In this document: positions 52,101-60,825 of the stretch, one piece after another
Layout of the letters: each line of letters starts with the position of its first letter
Position numbering within the stretch: the first letter of the stretch is position 1
Assembly (NCBI RefSeq): GCF_018350175.1
Contig: NC_058373.1
Span: forward strand, 102,116,001-102,180,000
Direction: 5' to 3'
Source: Felis catus
Lineage: Eukaryota
DNA length: 64,000 bases
Program-made: the position numbers and the translations under genes
Notes under the pieces: model-generated
Database searches by the model: none
Seen by the model: the letters and a program-made list of their open reading frames with translations, nothing else
Told to the model about the DNA's origin: nothing

Positions 52101-55100
52101 CACAGGTATAAAGAGCAAAAGTCTTAAATAATTAGAGTATTTCCTGTGTAGAATAAGCGAACAATATACTCTGAATAAATGTACACACACACACACAAAA
52201 CCCCAATACATTAAAATATTAAAGTGTCTACAAAAATAAATTTAAGAGATCTCCTAGAAAATGTTAAGGTGTCAAAGTCAACCCTTCTGAACAGTTCAAA
52301 CATGAGGGGAAGAAACTGTGCCTATTGAGGAGGCATACCTGTGGGGGATATTTTTCTCATCAGCCACATGATCTCTAGAATGCCTCAGGAAGAATTAATT
52401 GTTCCCTGTGCCAATCTAGAGAGCACTTTCTTGATATCTCCTTCAAAACTTTTAACAGGTTGGTTAGAATAAGTCGTTTATGTGATTCTCCAAATAAAGT
52501 GTGGCCAATGTCTTTGTTTTTGTATCCCCAACATCAAGGTCCCTACACATGGTAGTTCATTTGTAAATATACATTGACTGAATTTTCCCCACTGACTTAT
52601 AAAACCTAAAAATGAAATATAAATCTATTGCTTCCCTTGTGATTGGGTACAAAAGCAATTAGTCTTCAACACACTTTTGCATTAGATTATCATAGGATTT
52701 GATCACAGAAACAGTATTCAATGTTACTCAAAAGAAAAAACTAAAAAGAAAAAAAATTAATTTAGCCCAATGATATGTAACACCCCATTTATGACAGAAA
52801 TGAGCAAAAAGTTTTAAATTCAAGTTGACAAGTTTACCTGATCTGAAATTTGCCACACTTTGACAGATCCATCACAACTAGCTGATGCCTGCAGAAATAA
52901 AACAATAAATTTCTCTATAGTTACAACCATAATACTATATGGAAACTGGTTCAACTGATAAATCAAACAGCCTTTTTATCAACTGTGTGAAATATTCTAA
53001 TTCTCTTATCATTTTAAACGTACTGAAGAAAAACAAACAAACAAACAAAGGGGAAAAAATGATTACCAGAAAGATGTCCTTAGGATCAAAAGAAAGACTT
53101 AAAATAGGGGCATCATGTCCTCGAAATGTTTTCTGTTGGCTGCAATCCATCACATCCACAACTTTGACTAGAAAATCACTGTGAACAGTAAGAGTAATGT
53201 ATAACAGGCATTAATATAAATGTCAATACAAAGCCTCTCCTAAAATCTGACTCAAATATTTCAAGAGTAAATGCCGTAATTTTTTATAGCAATTTGTAAA
53301 ATTTGGCATCAAAATTTAAGGACTTACCTTTTAATTTTGCTCTGTAAAAATACCATAAACACGATTCAAGATTTCCCATTAAAATACAAATACTTTCTGG
53401 GGCTCCTGGATGGCTCAGTCATTAAGTGTCTGATTTCCACTCAGGTCACGATCTCACAGTTCGTTGAGTTTGACCCCTGGTCAGGCTCTCTGCTGTCAGC
53501 TCAGAGCCCACTTCAGATCCTCTGCCTCCCTCTCTCTCTGCCCCTCTCCTGCTTGTACTCTCTTTCCCTGTCTCTCAAAATTAAATAAAAACGTTAAAAA
53601 ATAATAAAAATTAAAAAAAAAATAAAAATAGAAATACTTCCTAAGTGACTTCCTCAGTTACATCTTAAGCTTCTATTATTTACCAATTAATTAAAGTCAC
53701 GACCATTTTTTAAAGTCTCAATAATATTTATTTAATTTTTAAAAGTTTATCCATTTATTTTGAGAGAGAAGGAAAGAGCAAGAGCGGGAAAGAGGCAGAG
53801 AGAGAGAGAAAGAATCTCAAACAGGCTCCGCATTGTCAGCATAGAGCCTCATGCAGGCCTTGAACCCACAAACCGTGAGATCATGACCTGAACCAAAATC
53901 AAGAGTCATGCTTAACCAACTAAGCCACCCAGGCACTCCTCAACCATATTTAAAAGTACTATGCCTTTTACTCCACCTCAGCAATTTAATTGTTTTTTTT
54001 TCCTGTGACAAATAAGCATCAAGAGAAACAACAAAAATCCTACAGTACAGTCCACATTCTACCCTAATGATTTTTGAAATTTTGTATCAAACTATGTTTC
54101 CCTAATCTGTTTCAGCATTTACTGAACAGGTTGTCTGCAAAGCAATGTATCTCAATTCACAAAGAGTAGGTTGTCCTCAAAAACCTTTACTGAACACTTG
54201 AATATAAAAATTAACAACAACAAAAAAAGGGCAAAGTCCTGAAAATGCTACCCTGAAACCAACACATGACCATTCTGTTCTAGTATTACTTCCTTTTCTG
54301 GTATCAAAGAGCCTCACCTAGATCCGGCAGCAATTTTTACACCATCTCCATTAAAGACCACATGGTTTGCATTTGTGGTAAAGCGAGTCAATATACCATC
54401 TGGAACTCCTTCAGGAAATGTGTGGACTTGAATAGTATTGTTAGATACTGCAGTGACCAATTTCCCATTCTAAAAGAAAAATAAAAGAAATATTACAAAA
54501 AAAAAAAAATCCAGATCAATTGAGAGTCTCTTCACACTTAACAATCCTATTTAAAAAATCTTATAAATGTAGTTAATGTCAAGAGAAAAATCATCACTCA
54601 GTATACAACTTTCCTGAATGTCTATTAGCAAGAAAAATTTATTTATCACCTTTATATAATTTAATTCCCCCTTCACCAGCCAAATTTTTAGCCTTTGGAT
54701 TTTCTTTTTTTAAAGGTGGTTCTTGGGGCTTTTTTATGTTTTTTTTTTTTTAATGTTTATTTATTTTTGACAGAGAGAGAAAGAGACACACAGACAGAGA
54801 GCATGAGCAGAAGAGGGGCGGAGAAAGGGAGACACAGAATCCAAAGCAGGCTCCAGGCTCTGAGCTGTCAGCACAGAGCCCATTGCGGGGCTCAAACTCA
54901 TGAACTGCAATGTCATGACTAGAACCGAAGTCAGATGTTTAACAGGCTGAGTCACCCAGGTGCCCCAGAAAGGTGGTTTTTGTTAATGTTTATTTATTTT
55001 GAGAGAGAGAGACAGACAGACAGACAGAACACAAGTGGGAAAGGGGTAGAGACAGAGGGACAGAGTGTCCCAAGCAGGCTCCACGCTGCCAACAGAGCCC

Positions 55101-55684
55101 AACATGGGGCTTGATCCCACGAACTGCAAGATCATGACCTGAACGGAAATTAAGAGTCGGACACTCAACCAAGTTGTCCAGGTGCCCCTTAAAACACTAG
55201 ACAGAAAGATGGTGGAGTAGGAGGATCCTAAACAGAGTATACTTAGAATGATGAGCAACGAATAATGTATAGAATTGTTGAATTACTATATCATACACCT
55301 GAAACTAATATAACACTATACGTTAATTATACTGGAGTTAAAAATATAAATAATTTTTTTAAATAATAAAGTTAAATTAGGGGTGGCTGGGTGGCTCACT
55401 TAGTTAAGCATCTGACTCTTGATTTTGGCTCAGGTCATGATCTCATGGTGGTGAGAATGAGCCCCACATTGGGCTCCATACTGGGCATGGAGCCTGCTTA
55501 AGATTCTCTCTCTTCCAGGGTACCTGGGTGGCTCAGTCAGTTGAGTGTTTGACTCTTGATTTTGGCTCAGGTCACGATCTCATGGTTAGTAGTTCAAGCC
55601 CCAAGTTGGGCTCTGTGCAGATAGTACAGAGCCTGCTTGGAATTCTCGCCCTCCTCCTCTCTCCCTGTTCTTCCCCAGCTCATG

Positions 55685-55716
<32 letters not shown>

Positions 55717-58700
55717 AAAAAAAAAAAAAAAAAAAAAAGATTCTCTCTCTTCTTCTCCCTCTGCCCTCCTGTGCTCCCACATGCACTAATAATAAACATT
55801 AAATAATAAAATTAAATTTAAAAATTAAGAACACTAAATAAATGGAAAATTTTAGGATATGAAAATGATCAGCAGAGACCATTGCTTTGCAGAGATTTTA
55901 GCTAAGAATCATAAAAGGTAAAGTATCTGCCCTGGAAACTTAATTTTATTACTTCTCTAGGAGGGGCTCTGATAAATCATATGGTCAATTTATTAATTTA
56001 GATTAAATGGTAACTGCCAAAAAACCAAATACTCAAGTTTGTTAATGAATATCCTATAGCAACAGATCTCAGCTATATTTGAACATGTAAGACCCTCTGT
56101 CTATCTATAGCACCTGCTCTCACTCCAGTGGAAAAAGAACTTAGTAATACAGTGACATGTTACTATACAGAAAAATTTGGGAAGATGTATACATCTGTTC
56201 AAGTAACAGTACAGATGATTCAGATTTGAACTACAATATATACTTATCTTCAAATACTGGAAAACTGGTAAAAAGTACTGTTTATGCGTACATTGTAACT
56301 ACTGGATGTAATTAAACAATCCACAAAAGACTACATCTATAATGTTGAAGCTAACAATAATTTAATGTGAAAACAAGAGAATCAAGGAAAAACTATAACC
56401 AACTCAAGACAACACTGATGATGCTACATATTCTTTGGCAAAACTGCAGAAACACCCACTATCTGTGTGCATATACAGGAATTATGCAACCTGGCTGTGC
56501 TTTACTTGACAGACAGATCTCTCAGTAAAATCAGCGAAGCACCCTCAGCTCTAATAAACAATTTCGGTAATTTTTAAATAACACATTAACTAGCCCTCTA
56601 TTCATATGAAAATATTAAAGTATATCTATACTTCCTCACCCAGGAGACCTGAACAAAGGACTTGTTTTGAAATCAATTTCCAACCAATCTACTGAGAAAT
56701 CAAATCACTATCAGTACTTTGTCAACTAGTAAAATTGAAAAAAAGAAAAACAAAAAAGAAAACACCCAAAAGATCAGGGCTCTGGTCAGATCACTCTTCT
56801 CCCTGGTGGACTGACAGGAATGGATCCCAGCACCGGCTGACTTGAGCTCTAGTCCACGGTGTTTCTTACCAACTGTGTCATTTGACCTTCCTCAGAGCTT
56901 TGACTTTCCCGTGAATAAAACAGAGGTAATTCCACATGCTTCTCTATAACTTTGTTAAAAGGCCTTGACAACGTAAAATACCATGCAGACGTTAACTATT
57001 ACTTAACCAATTGATTAATTTCAGTTTCACTATTTTAGAGTGATATTTTCTCCATTTTGTTATCCAATAAAACATCTAACTGTACTTTCCTGTACCACTG
57101 ACTCCAAAACCATAAACAATTATGTTTTAAATGAAATGTGTTGTAAAGCTGTCAACTTTACATGGTTATTTGGTAATGTCATTTCAATGAAGTACCATCA
57201 CCTTTATTTCTAAAGCCAAAGAAAACATTTTAGCGCAGATTATCAGATTTCTAGTGGACTGAATAATGACCCCCGAAAGGCATGCCTAAATCCTAAACCT
57301 AGGTACCTGTGAATGTGATCTTATTTGGAAAGAGCATCTTTGGCCGATATAGTAAATTAAGGATGTAAATCCAATGATTGGTGTCCTTATAAGAAAAAGG
57401 AGAGGAGATTTGAGACACAAAGACACAGAGAAAAAGGCAATGGGAACATGGGAGGCACAGATGGATGTTTCTTCCAACCAAGCAACACTGAGGATTACTG
57501 ACAACGACCAGAAGCTAGGAGAGAGGCATAGAACAGACTCCCTCAGAGCCTCTAAAGGAGCTAACCGTGCCAACACCTTGGTTTCAGGCTTCTTGCCTTC
57601 TGAACCACGAGACAACAATTTTCTGTTGTTTTAAGCCACCAAGCGTTTGACAATTTGTTCCAGCTTCCCTAGGAAACTACTACAAGACCACTTTTTTTCC
57701 TTCTTTACAGTCTTCATATATAAATGTAGTGCATACTTACTCTAGAAGAAAAATAACAACATGAAAGTGTTCTGGGCAAAGAGTGAGTTTCCCTACTCTT
57801 ATGAAGTAATCTCTGTTAACATTTTGAGTTAAATCTTTCTAACTTTCTTACACACATATGCAAATTTCAAGTATATATATGTCTGTGTATCCTTTATTTT
57901 AACAAACATAAGACTACACAATACAGGCTGCTGTGCAACTTTTTAATTTTTCAACTCACTGTAAACATCTTTGCTGATAGGTATATAGCCACACCCTCAT
58001 TTTTTTTTTTTTTGTATCTGCATAGTATTACATTACAGGGCTCTACCAATTTACAAAACAAATTCTCTTTTGAAGAACAATTGGTTCTAATTTTTGCTAT
58101 TATAAAAAGTAGTTTTACTAATATATCCTTGTCCACATAAATATGAAAGTATGTATTTCCTCAGGGTAAATAGCCAGAAATGACTATGTGCATTCTAAAT
58201 TTGATGTATGGTATCAATTTACTTTTTAAAAAGCTCCCCAGTTACACTTCCAGCAACTGTTGTGCAATACTTTAAAATAATAGAAAATAGATATTAGCCT
58301 TTGCCTCCCATTCCTGGCAGAGTTCTAAAACCCTTGAAACTTCCTAAGTGATAAGACTACTAGGAACAGCTTTTGTTCTAATATTTGGTCTTTGACCCTG
58401 GTTCCTGACACAAAGCTCTTAAATCTCTTGGAATTTCATCAGTGATAGAAATGTCTTTTGTCCTAAGGAGGCAATTCTTGGCAGACTCCTGGATAACTTC
58501 AGAATGAGGGCTCATGATTAGAAAAATCAAACCATGGGGCTCCTGGGTGGCTCAGTTGGTTGGGTATCCGACTTCAGCTCAGGTCATGAACTCACAGTTT
58601 GTGAGTTCAAGCCCCACATCAGGCTGTATGCTGACAGCGCAGAGCCTGGAGCCTGCTTTGGATTCTGTGTCTGTCTCTGCCCCTCCCCGCCCTCTCAAAA

Positions 58701-60825
58701 ATAAATAAACATTAAAAAGAAAAATCAAAATTAGAGGCTTGGAACTTTTAGCCCTACCCCACTTCATCCAGGAAAGGGAGAAGAGCTAGAAATGGAATTA
58801 ATAAACAACCATGTCAATGTAATGAAGCCTTCATAAAAATCCCAATAGCATGAGGTTCAAGGAATTTCCAGGTTGGTGAATATATTCACGTACCAGGAGG
58901 ATGTTCAGACCCGAACTCCATGGGGAAAAAATACCCTCCCAGACCTCATACTATGTATCTCTTCATCTGCCTGTTTACCTGTACCTTTATCTCTACTTCA
59001 TTATATAATGAACTGGTACCAGTGTTTCCGCCTGAATTCTGTGAGCTATTTGTAGCAAATGACTAAAACCATTTCATTTTCGGGGGGGGGGGGGGGGGGG
59101 GCATGGGAACCTCTGATTTGTAGCCAAGTAGGACAGATGCTGTGGGTAAGCTGGGGACTTACTATTTTCAACTTGTATCTAAAGTGGGGAGCAGTCTTGT
59201 GGCACTGAGCCCCTAACCTGTGAGGTCTGTGCTAACTCTGTGCTAGTGTCAGAATTGAACTGAACTATAGGACACCCAGCTAATATTACAGAAATTTGTT
59301 TGGTGTGGGGGAAAAATCCACACATCCAGTGGTTGAGGTGTTAGGAGCATGGTAGTAGTGTGAGTGTTAACAGAAAACCACAAGTGAGTCTTTTTCATTT
59401 ACAAATACTTCTCCAAATCCTCACTATTGTTGGAATTAGTGATATTTTTCATCCTTGCCAATCTAATGGAAAAAAAAAATTCCAGTTGTTTAATTTGTAC
59501 TTCTTTGCTTATTAGTGAGATTTAACTTGTATCTAATGTATGTTAGTCTTTTGTATTTTTCCTTCTGGGAATATATTTTCTCTTATATGTGACCATTTAA
59601 AAAAGAATATCTAATATCTAAAGACCATCTCATTCAGGGGTGCCTGGGTGGCTCAGTCAGTTAAGCATCACATCTGACTTTGGCTCAGGTCGCAATCTCA
59701 CGGTTCATGAGTTCGAGCCCCACATCAGGCTCTGTGCTGACAGCTCAGAGCCTGGAGCCTGCTTCAGATTCTGTGTCTCCTTTCTCTCTGCCCCTCCCGT
59801 TTGCACTGTTTCTCTCTCTTTAAATAAACATTAAAAAAATAATAAAATAAAGACCATCTCATTAATTTACTTTAATGAGCCTGAGTTTGAAAATATGTAT
59901 TTCTGTGAAAAGATTTTTTTCTACCCAAATACAATACACTCAACTTAAAATTCATCACAAATTAAAAGTTTAGTGGTTTTTAAATATTTAGATTGCCAAG
60001 TCCTTCTGAAAAACGTGTCTCCATTCTCCAAATGACCTACATCTCATTTCCAGACTTACCTTACATAAAACGTCAGAAACATGAAACACATAAATATCTT
60101 GAAAAGCTAGAATATTCCTCTTTTCTAGTGTGATTCTTCAAGTTATCTAAATTAGTGAACTAAAAACCTGAAAATGCCATGGAGTTTTCTCTCAAAGAGA
60201 AAAGGGAACATTTAAATCTCAAAAGAAAACATATAATTTCTTGCATATATTTTAACTGGTTTACCATCAACACATTAATCATCTTTAATAAAACATCCAG
60301 ATTTTAAAAATTTTAAATATTAATTTATTTTTGAAAAGAGAGAAAGCAAGTGGGGGAGAAGCAGAGAGAGGGAGACAAAGAATCTGAAGCAGGCTCCAGG
60401 CTCTGAGCTGTCAGCACAGAGCCCGATGTGGAGTTCAAACTCACAAACGTTGATATCATGACCTATGCTGAAGTCAGATGATTAATGGACTGAGCCACCC
60501 AGGTACCCTAAACCATTCAGATTTTAAAGCCATTCAGATTTAGGTTTTACCTGTAAAAATTTATGGCATTATACATATTTGAATATTACTATTTCATAAG
60601 AGAAACAAAAAATACCTCTACATTCAAAACTTCAACAAAAATATTCTTCACCCTTGCATAAAAATCACACAGCAGTATCATTTCTCATTGTTAGCTGTAA
60701 CTGTTTTCAATACCTTCAAAGCACATGAATATGCCTTTTCTCCAACGTTAATAGATTTAGGATCATCATCATCCAAATCTTCCCAAATCCTCACATCACC
60801 ATCACTTCCACAAGTCACAATACAA
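3449..60825 (-). CDS. WDHD1: WDHD1 (AND-1/CTF4), spliced CDS, 5'-partial (24 coding exons in window)
   Basis: Hand-spliced exons give one open frame of 3310 nt: WD40 repeats, acidic linker, SepB domain, HMG box ([13 protein letters not shown]...) and the C-terminus ...[12 protein letters not shown], which I recognise as mammalian AND-1. The first coding exon is absent. Confidence 0.98.
3774..4093 (+). mobile_element. Internally deleted SINEC with a young SINEC_Fc (3841-~4065) in its tail
   Basis: Inner TSD aaaataaacattaaa; outer TSD aaaaaaaagca. Confidence 0.85.
4270..4700 (-). mobile_element. Old L1M (L1MB/MC-like) 3' end fragment
   Basis: Resembles the reverse complement of an L1M 3'UTR (atgcagttgtaggaaataatacagaaggatctc...). 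Confidence 0.55.
6365..6503 (-). CDS. WDHD1: WDHD1 exon 25, HMG box
   Basis: tag|G CCA...AAG|gtaag; 139 nt; [46 protein letters not shown]. Confidence 0.95.
10204..10638 (+). mobile_element. SINEC split by a second SINEC (10341-~10569)
   Basis: Inner TSD aag(t)attctccctccctc. Confidence 0.85.
10788..10918 (-). CDS. WDHD1: WDHD1 exon 24
   Basis: cag|GCA...CAA AG|gttag; 131 nt; [43 protein letters not shown]. Confidence 0.93.
11356..12192. mobile_element. Non-autonomous Tc1/mariner (Tigger/pogo-like) DNA transposon
   Basis: Terminal inverted repeats CAGTAAAACCTTGG / CCAAGGTTTTACTG, TA on the right flank; it splits a MER5-like element (~11280-11350 and ~12195-12242). Confidence 0.8.
12373..12540 (-). 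CDS. WDHD1: WDHD1 exon 23
   Basis: tag|GTA...CAG|gtact; 168 nt; [24 protein letters not shown]...PKPKSKQ. Confidence 0.93.
13156..13199 (-). CDS. WDHD1: WDHD1 exon 22
   Basis: aag|GT GCA...AAG|gtaaa; 44 nt; [15 protein letters not shown]. Confidence 0.9.
13400..14880 (+). mobile_element. L2 LINE remnant
   Basis: Pyrimidine-rich degenerate L2 ORF2/3' motifs (tagatcctatcc, tagttttcagtcatcatcttatttgacccctcaaaagcatt, ctttactgtggcctaca). Confidence 0.7.
15431..15487 (-). CDS. WDHD1: WDHD1 exon 21
   Basis: tag|GA CAG...TCA G|gtaag; 57 nt; [19 protein letters not shown]. Confidence 0.92.
15674..15792 (-). CDS. WDHD1: WDHD1 exon 20
   Basis: tag|T TAC...TAT G|gtaag; 119 nt; [39 protein letters not shown]. 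Confidence 0.93.
15890..16107 (-). CDS. WDHD1: WDHD1 exon 19, SepB helical bundle
   Basis: tag|CTT...GCT GG|gtaag; 218 nt; [42 protein letters not shown]... Confidence 0.95.
16219..16392. mobile_element. MER104-like Tc2 MITE
   Basis: Degenerate TIRs tgtatctcactgattctaagatgca ... cttagattcaatgaaataagg. Confidence 0.6.
16800..18487 (-). mobile_element. 5'-truncated carnivore/felid L1 (ORF2 C-terminus plus 3'UTR) with a nested SINEC (16997-17226)
   Basis: ORF2 remnants ([34 protein letters not shown]); poly(T) at ~16800; approximate TSD ttgatta[c/t]ttt; SINE TSD aagagtctcttatgttt. Confidence 0.9.
19779..20015 (+). mobile_element. Young SINEC_Fc
   Basis: Near-consensus; TSD aagattactcagccct. 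Confidence 0.92.
20305..21640 (+). mobile_element. 5'-truncated carnivore L1 3' end interrupted by three SINECs
   Basis: tgttggtgggaatgcaaactggtgcagcc... through cctgaaactaatataacactg and an A tail; TSD aaga[a/t]tt[g/t]gaggttgtg at 20288-20304 and 21639-21655. Confidence 0.88.
21744..21875 (-). CDS. WDHD1: WDHD1 exon 18, SepB helical bundle
   Basis: tag|GAA...GCG|gtgag; 132 nt; [44 protein letters not shown]. Confidence 0.95.
22195..22315. mobile_element. MER96-like hAT MITE remnant
   Basis: cacaaaatttatggagggccactctctcagg core and ...ccctagtgaggccctg end. Confidence 0.45.
22535..22649 (-). CDS. WDHD1: WDHD1 exon 17, SepB
   Basis: cag|G TGC...GAG|gtatg; 115 nt; [38 protein letters not shown]. 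Confidence 0.95.
23031..23257 (+). mobile_element. Young SINEC_Fc
   Basis: Near-consensus, CpGs intact; TSD aatccctccct. Confidence 0.92.
25860..26500 (-). mobile_element. Old L1M ORF2-end fragment with a nested young SINEC_Fc (26079-26298)
   Basis: tttgaggaactgccaaactg...ttgatttgcatttcc motifs; SINE TSD aaagtgga[g/a]tctttgt. Confidence 0.8.
26895..27065. mobile_element. MER5A-like hAT MITE
   Basis: gaatcacctgaagatcttgttaaaatgcaggttctgattcagtaggtctg...caggtgatgctgatgctgctggtcc. Confidence 0.8.
27340..29170 (+). mobile_element. L2 remnant interrupted by SINEs and a MER20 (~28375-28592)
   Basis: L2 3' motifs (taagctccatgaaagcagagatct); MER20 motifs (tgcacactgcaagatgttt, ctaaatgccagggtaacccc...ttgtgaca). 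Confidence 0.7.
28099..28147 (+). repeat. (AG)n microsatellite, expanded SINE CT tract
   Basis: About 24 uninterrupted AG units. Confidence 0.95.
29934..30090 (-). CDS. WDHD1: WDHD1 exon 16, SepB
   Basis: tag|GT ACC...CTG AG|gtggg; 157 nt; [51 protein letters not shown]. Confidence 0.95.
30805..31040 (-). mobile_element. Short carnivore L1 3'UTR fragment
   Basis: tacaacacccagtgctcatcccaacaactgccctcctcaat is the reverse complement of the L1 3'UTR seen at 45900-45990. Confidence 0.8.
31773..31910 (-). CDS. WDHD1: WDHD1 exon 15, SepB (followed by a GC donor)
   Basis: tag|GT ACA...GAA G|gcaag; 138 nt; [46 protein letters not shown]. Confidence 0.93.
32120..33748 (-). mobile_element. L2 remnant (purine-rich on + strand)
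   Basis: Begins with the L2 tail ttcattcactcaaatattta; typical L2 motifs (ggtcagatcatgtaggacc, gttggatatgtaagtctg-like). Confidence 0.75.
33749..34130 (+). mobile_element. Carnivore L1 3' tail containing a young minus-strand SINEC_Fc (33893-34113)
   Basis: Outer TSD aagaaaa[t/g]aaag[t/c]gtt; SINE TSD ctggaattacaatttt. Confidence 0.85.
34734..34975 (-). CDS. WDHD1: WDHD1 exon 14, SepB
   Basis: tag|C AAG...AGA G|gtaga; 242 nt; [21 protein letters not shown]...LFIVYHR. Confidence 0.95.
35608..35831 (+). mobile_element. Young SINEC_Fc
   Basis: Near-consensus body; no clear long TSD. Confidence 0.9.
37463..37647 (-). CDS. WDHD1: WDHD1 exon 13, SepB
   Basis: tag|GTG...GCA AG|gtaaa; 185 nt; [25 protein letters not shown]...SSDELA. 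Confidence 0.95.
39372..39426 (+). repeat. (ATATA)n pentanucleotide microsatellite
   Basis: About 10 tandem units, ~40 nt from the exon 12 donor. Confidence 0.95.
39469..39656 (-). CDS. WDHD1: WDHD1 exon 12, linker and start of SepB
   Basis: tag|AT GTT...ATG|gtaag; 188 nt; ...[19 protein letters not shown]. Confidence 0.95.
39740..41007 (+). mobile_element. Charlie1-like hAT DNA transposon remnant
   Basis: gtagagggtaaaactgttggtgc, tgttgccaatgataaaatttgagttttcaagc, and terminal ctctttggggtcc...gagaccaaa motifs. Confidence 0.75.
41899..42027 (+). mobile_element. 5'-truncated young SINEC_Fc
   Basis: Starts mid-element (tggctcggagcc); TSD aaaaatgttactga. Confidence 0.9.
42364..42574 (-). CDS. 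WDHD1: WDHD1 exon 11, acidic linker
   Basis: aag|GTC...GTT G|gtatg; 211 nt; [17 protein letters not shown]...[12 protein letters not shown]. Confidence 0.95.
43160..43620. mobile_element. Minus-strand SINEC whose tail contains a plus-strand young SINEC_Fc (43187-~43410)
   Basis: Outer TSD cattcattta; inner TSD aaaaaaatttttt. Confidence 0.85.
44004..46005. mobile_element. Felid L1 with 5' inversion: inverted ORF2 44004-45110 (-), direct 3' end 45111-46005 (+), nested SINEC 45629-45864
   Basis: 270-aa ORF2 piece ([10 protein letters not shown]...GRINIVKM...WYWHKNRH) on -, ORF2 C-terminus plus 3'UTR and poly(A) on +; SINE TSD aaaaactgagaataaactg. Confidence 0.93.
47050..47700 (-). mobile_element. 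Probable ancient L1M 5'-region remnant
   Basis: Minus-strand gtgatagtaacaaaattttggaggctg resembles old L1ME/MC 5' sequence; no sustained reading frame. Confidence 0.35.
48353..48494 (-). CDS. WDHD1: WDHD1 exon 10, last WD40 repeat
   Basis: tag|G GTG...AAG|gtaat; 142 nt; [47 protein letters not shown]. Confidence 0.95.
48852..48958 (-). CDS. WDHD1: WDHD1 exon 9, WD40
   Basis: tag|GCC...GAA AG|gtatg; 107 nt; [35 protein letters not shown]. Confidence 0.95.
49740..49980 (+). mobile_element. Young SINEC_Fc beside the exon 8 donor
   Basis: Perfect TSD caaagtgtcacttata at 49724-49739 and 49977-49992. Confidence 0.93.
50001..50093 (-). CDS. WDHD1: WDHD1 exon 8, WD40
   Basis: tag|TTA...CAG|gtaag; 93 nt; [31 protein letters not shown]. 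Confidence 0.95.
51834..51929 (-). CDS. WDHD1: WDHD1 exon 7, WD40
   Basis: cag|ACA...AAG|gtaag; 96 nt; [32 protein letters not shown]. Confidence 0.95.
52838..52888 (-). CDS. WDHD1: WDHD1 exon 6, WD40
   Basis: cag|GCA...CAG|gtaaa; 51 nt; [17 protein letters not shown]. Confidence 0.95.
53067..53178 (-). CDS. WDHD1: WDHD1 exon 5, WD40
   Basis: cag|T GAT...CTG|gtaat; 112 nt; [37 protein letters not shown]. Confidence 0.95.
54318..54469 (-). CDS. WDHD1: WDHD1 exon 4, WD40
   Basis: tag|AAT...TCT AG|gtgag; 152 nt; [50 protein letters not shown]. Confidence 0.95.
55215..55810 (+). mobile_element. L1 3' tail > SINEC (from 55379) > SINEC (55518-~55739) nest
   Basis: cctgaaactaatataacacta L1 tail; inner TSD aagattctctctcttc. 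Confidence 0.8.
57250..57684 (+). mobile_element. MLT1 (MaLR) solo LTR
   Basis: acctgtgaatgtgatcttatttggaaa...tccaatgattggtgtccttataaga...tttctgttgttttaagccacc...ggaaactactaca. Confidence 0.85.
58270..59400. mobile_element. MER21-like ERVL LTR with a nested SINEC (58536-58730)
   Basis: ttcctggcagagttctaaaacccttgaaacttcctaagtgataaga; gtgtcagaattgaactgaactataggacacccagct. Confidence 0.65.
60714..60825 (-). CDS. WDHD1: WDHD1 exon 3 (human numbering), WD40
   Basis: cag|T TGT...TTG AAG|gtatt; 112 nt; [37 protein letters not shown]. Confidence 0.95.

Noticed and set aside
59082..59101. G20 run (and the G-rich tract at 16599-16633) as functional G-quadruplexes
   Set aside because: Simple homopolymer expansions, one inside an LTR remnant. 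Their length may be a sequencing artefact and nothing supports a function.
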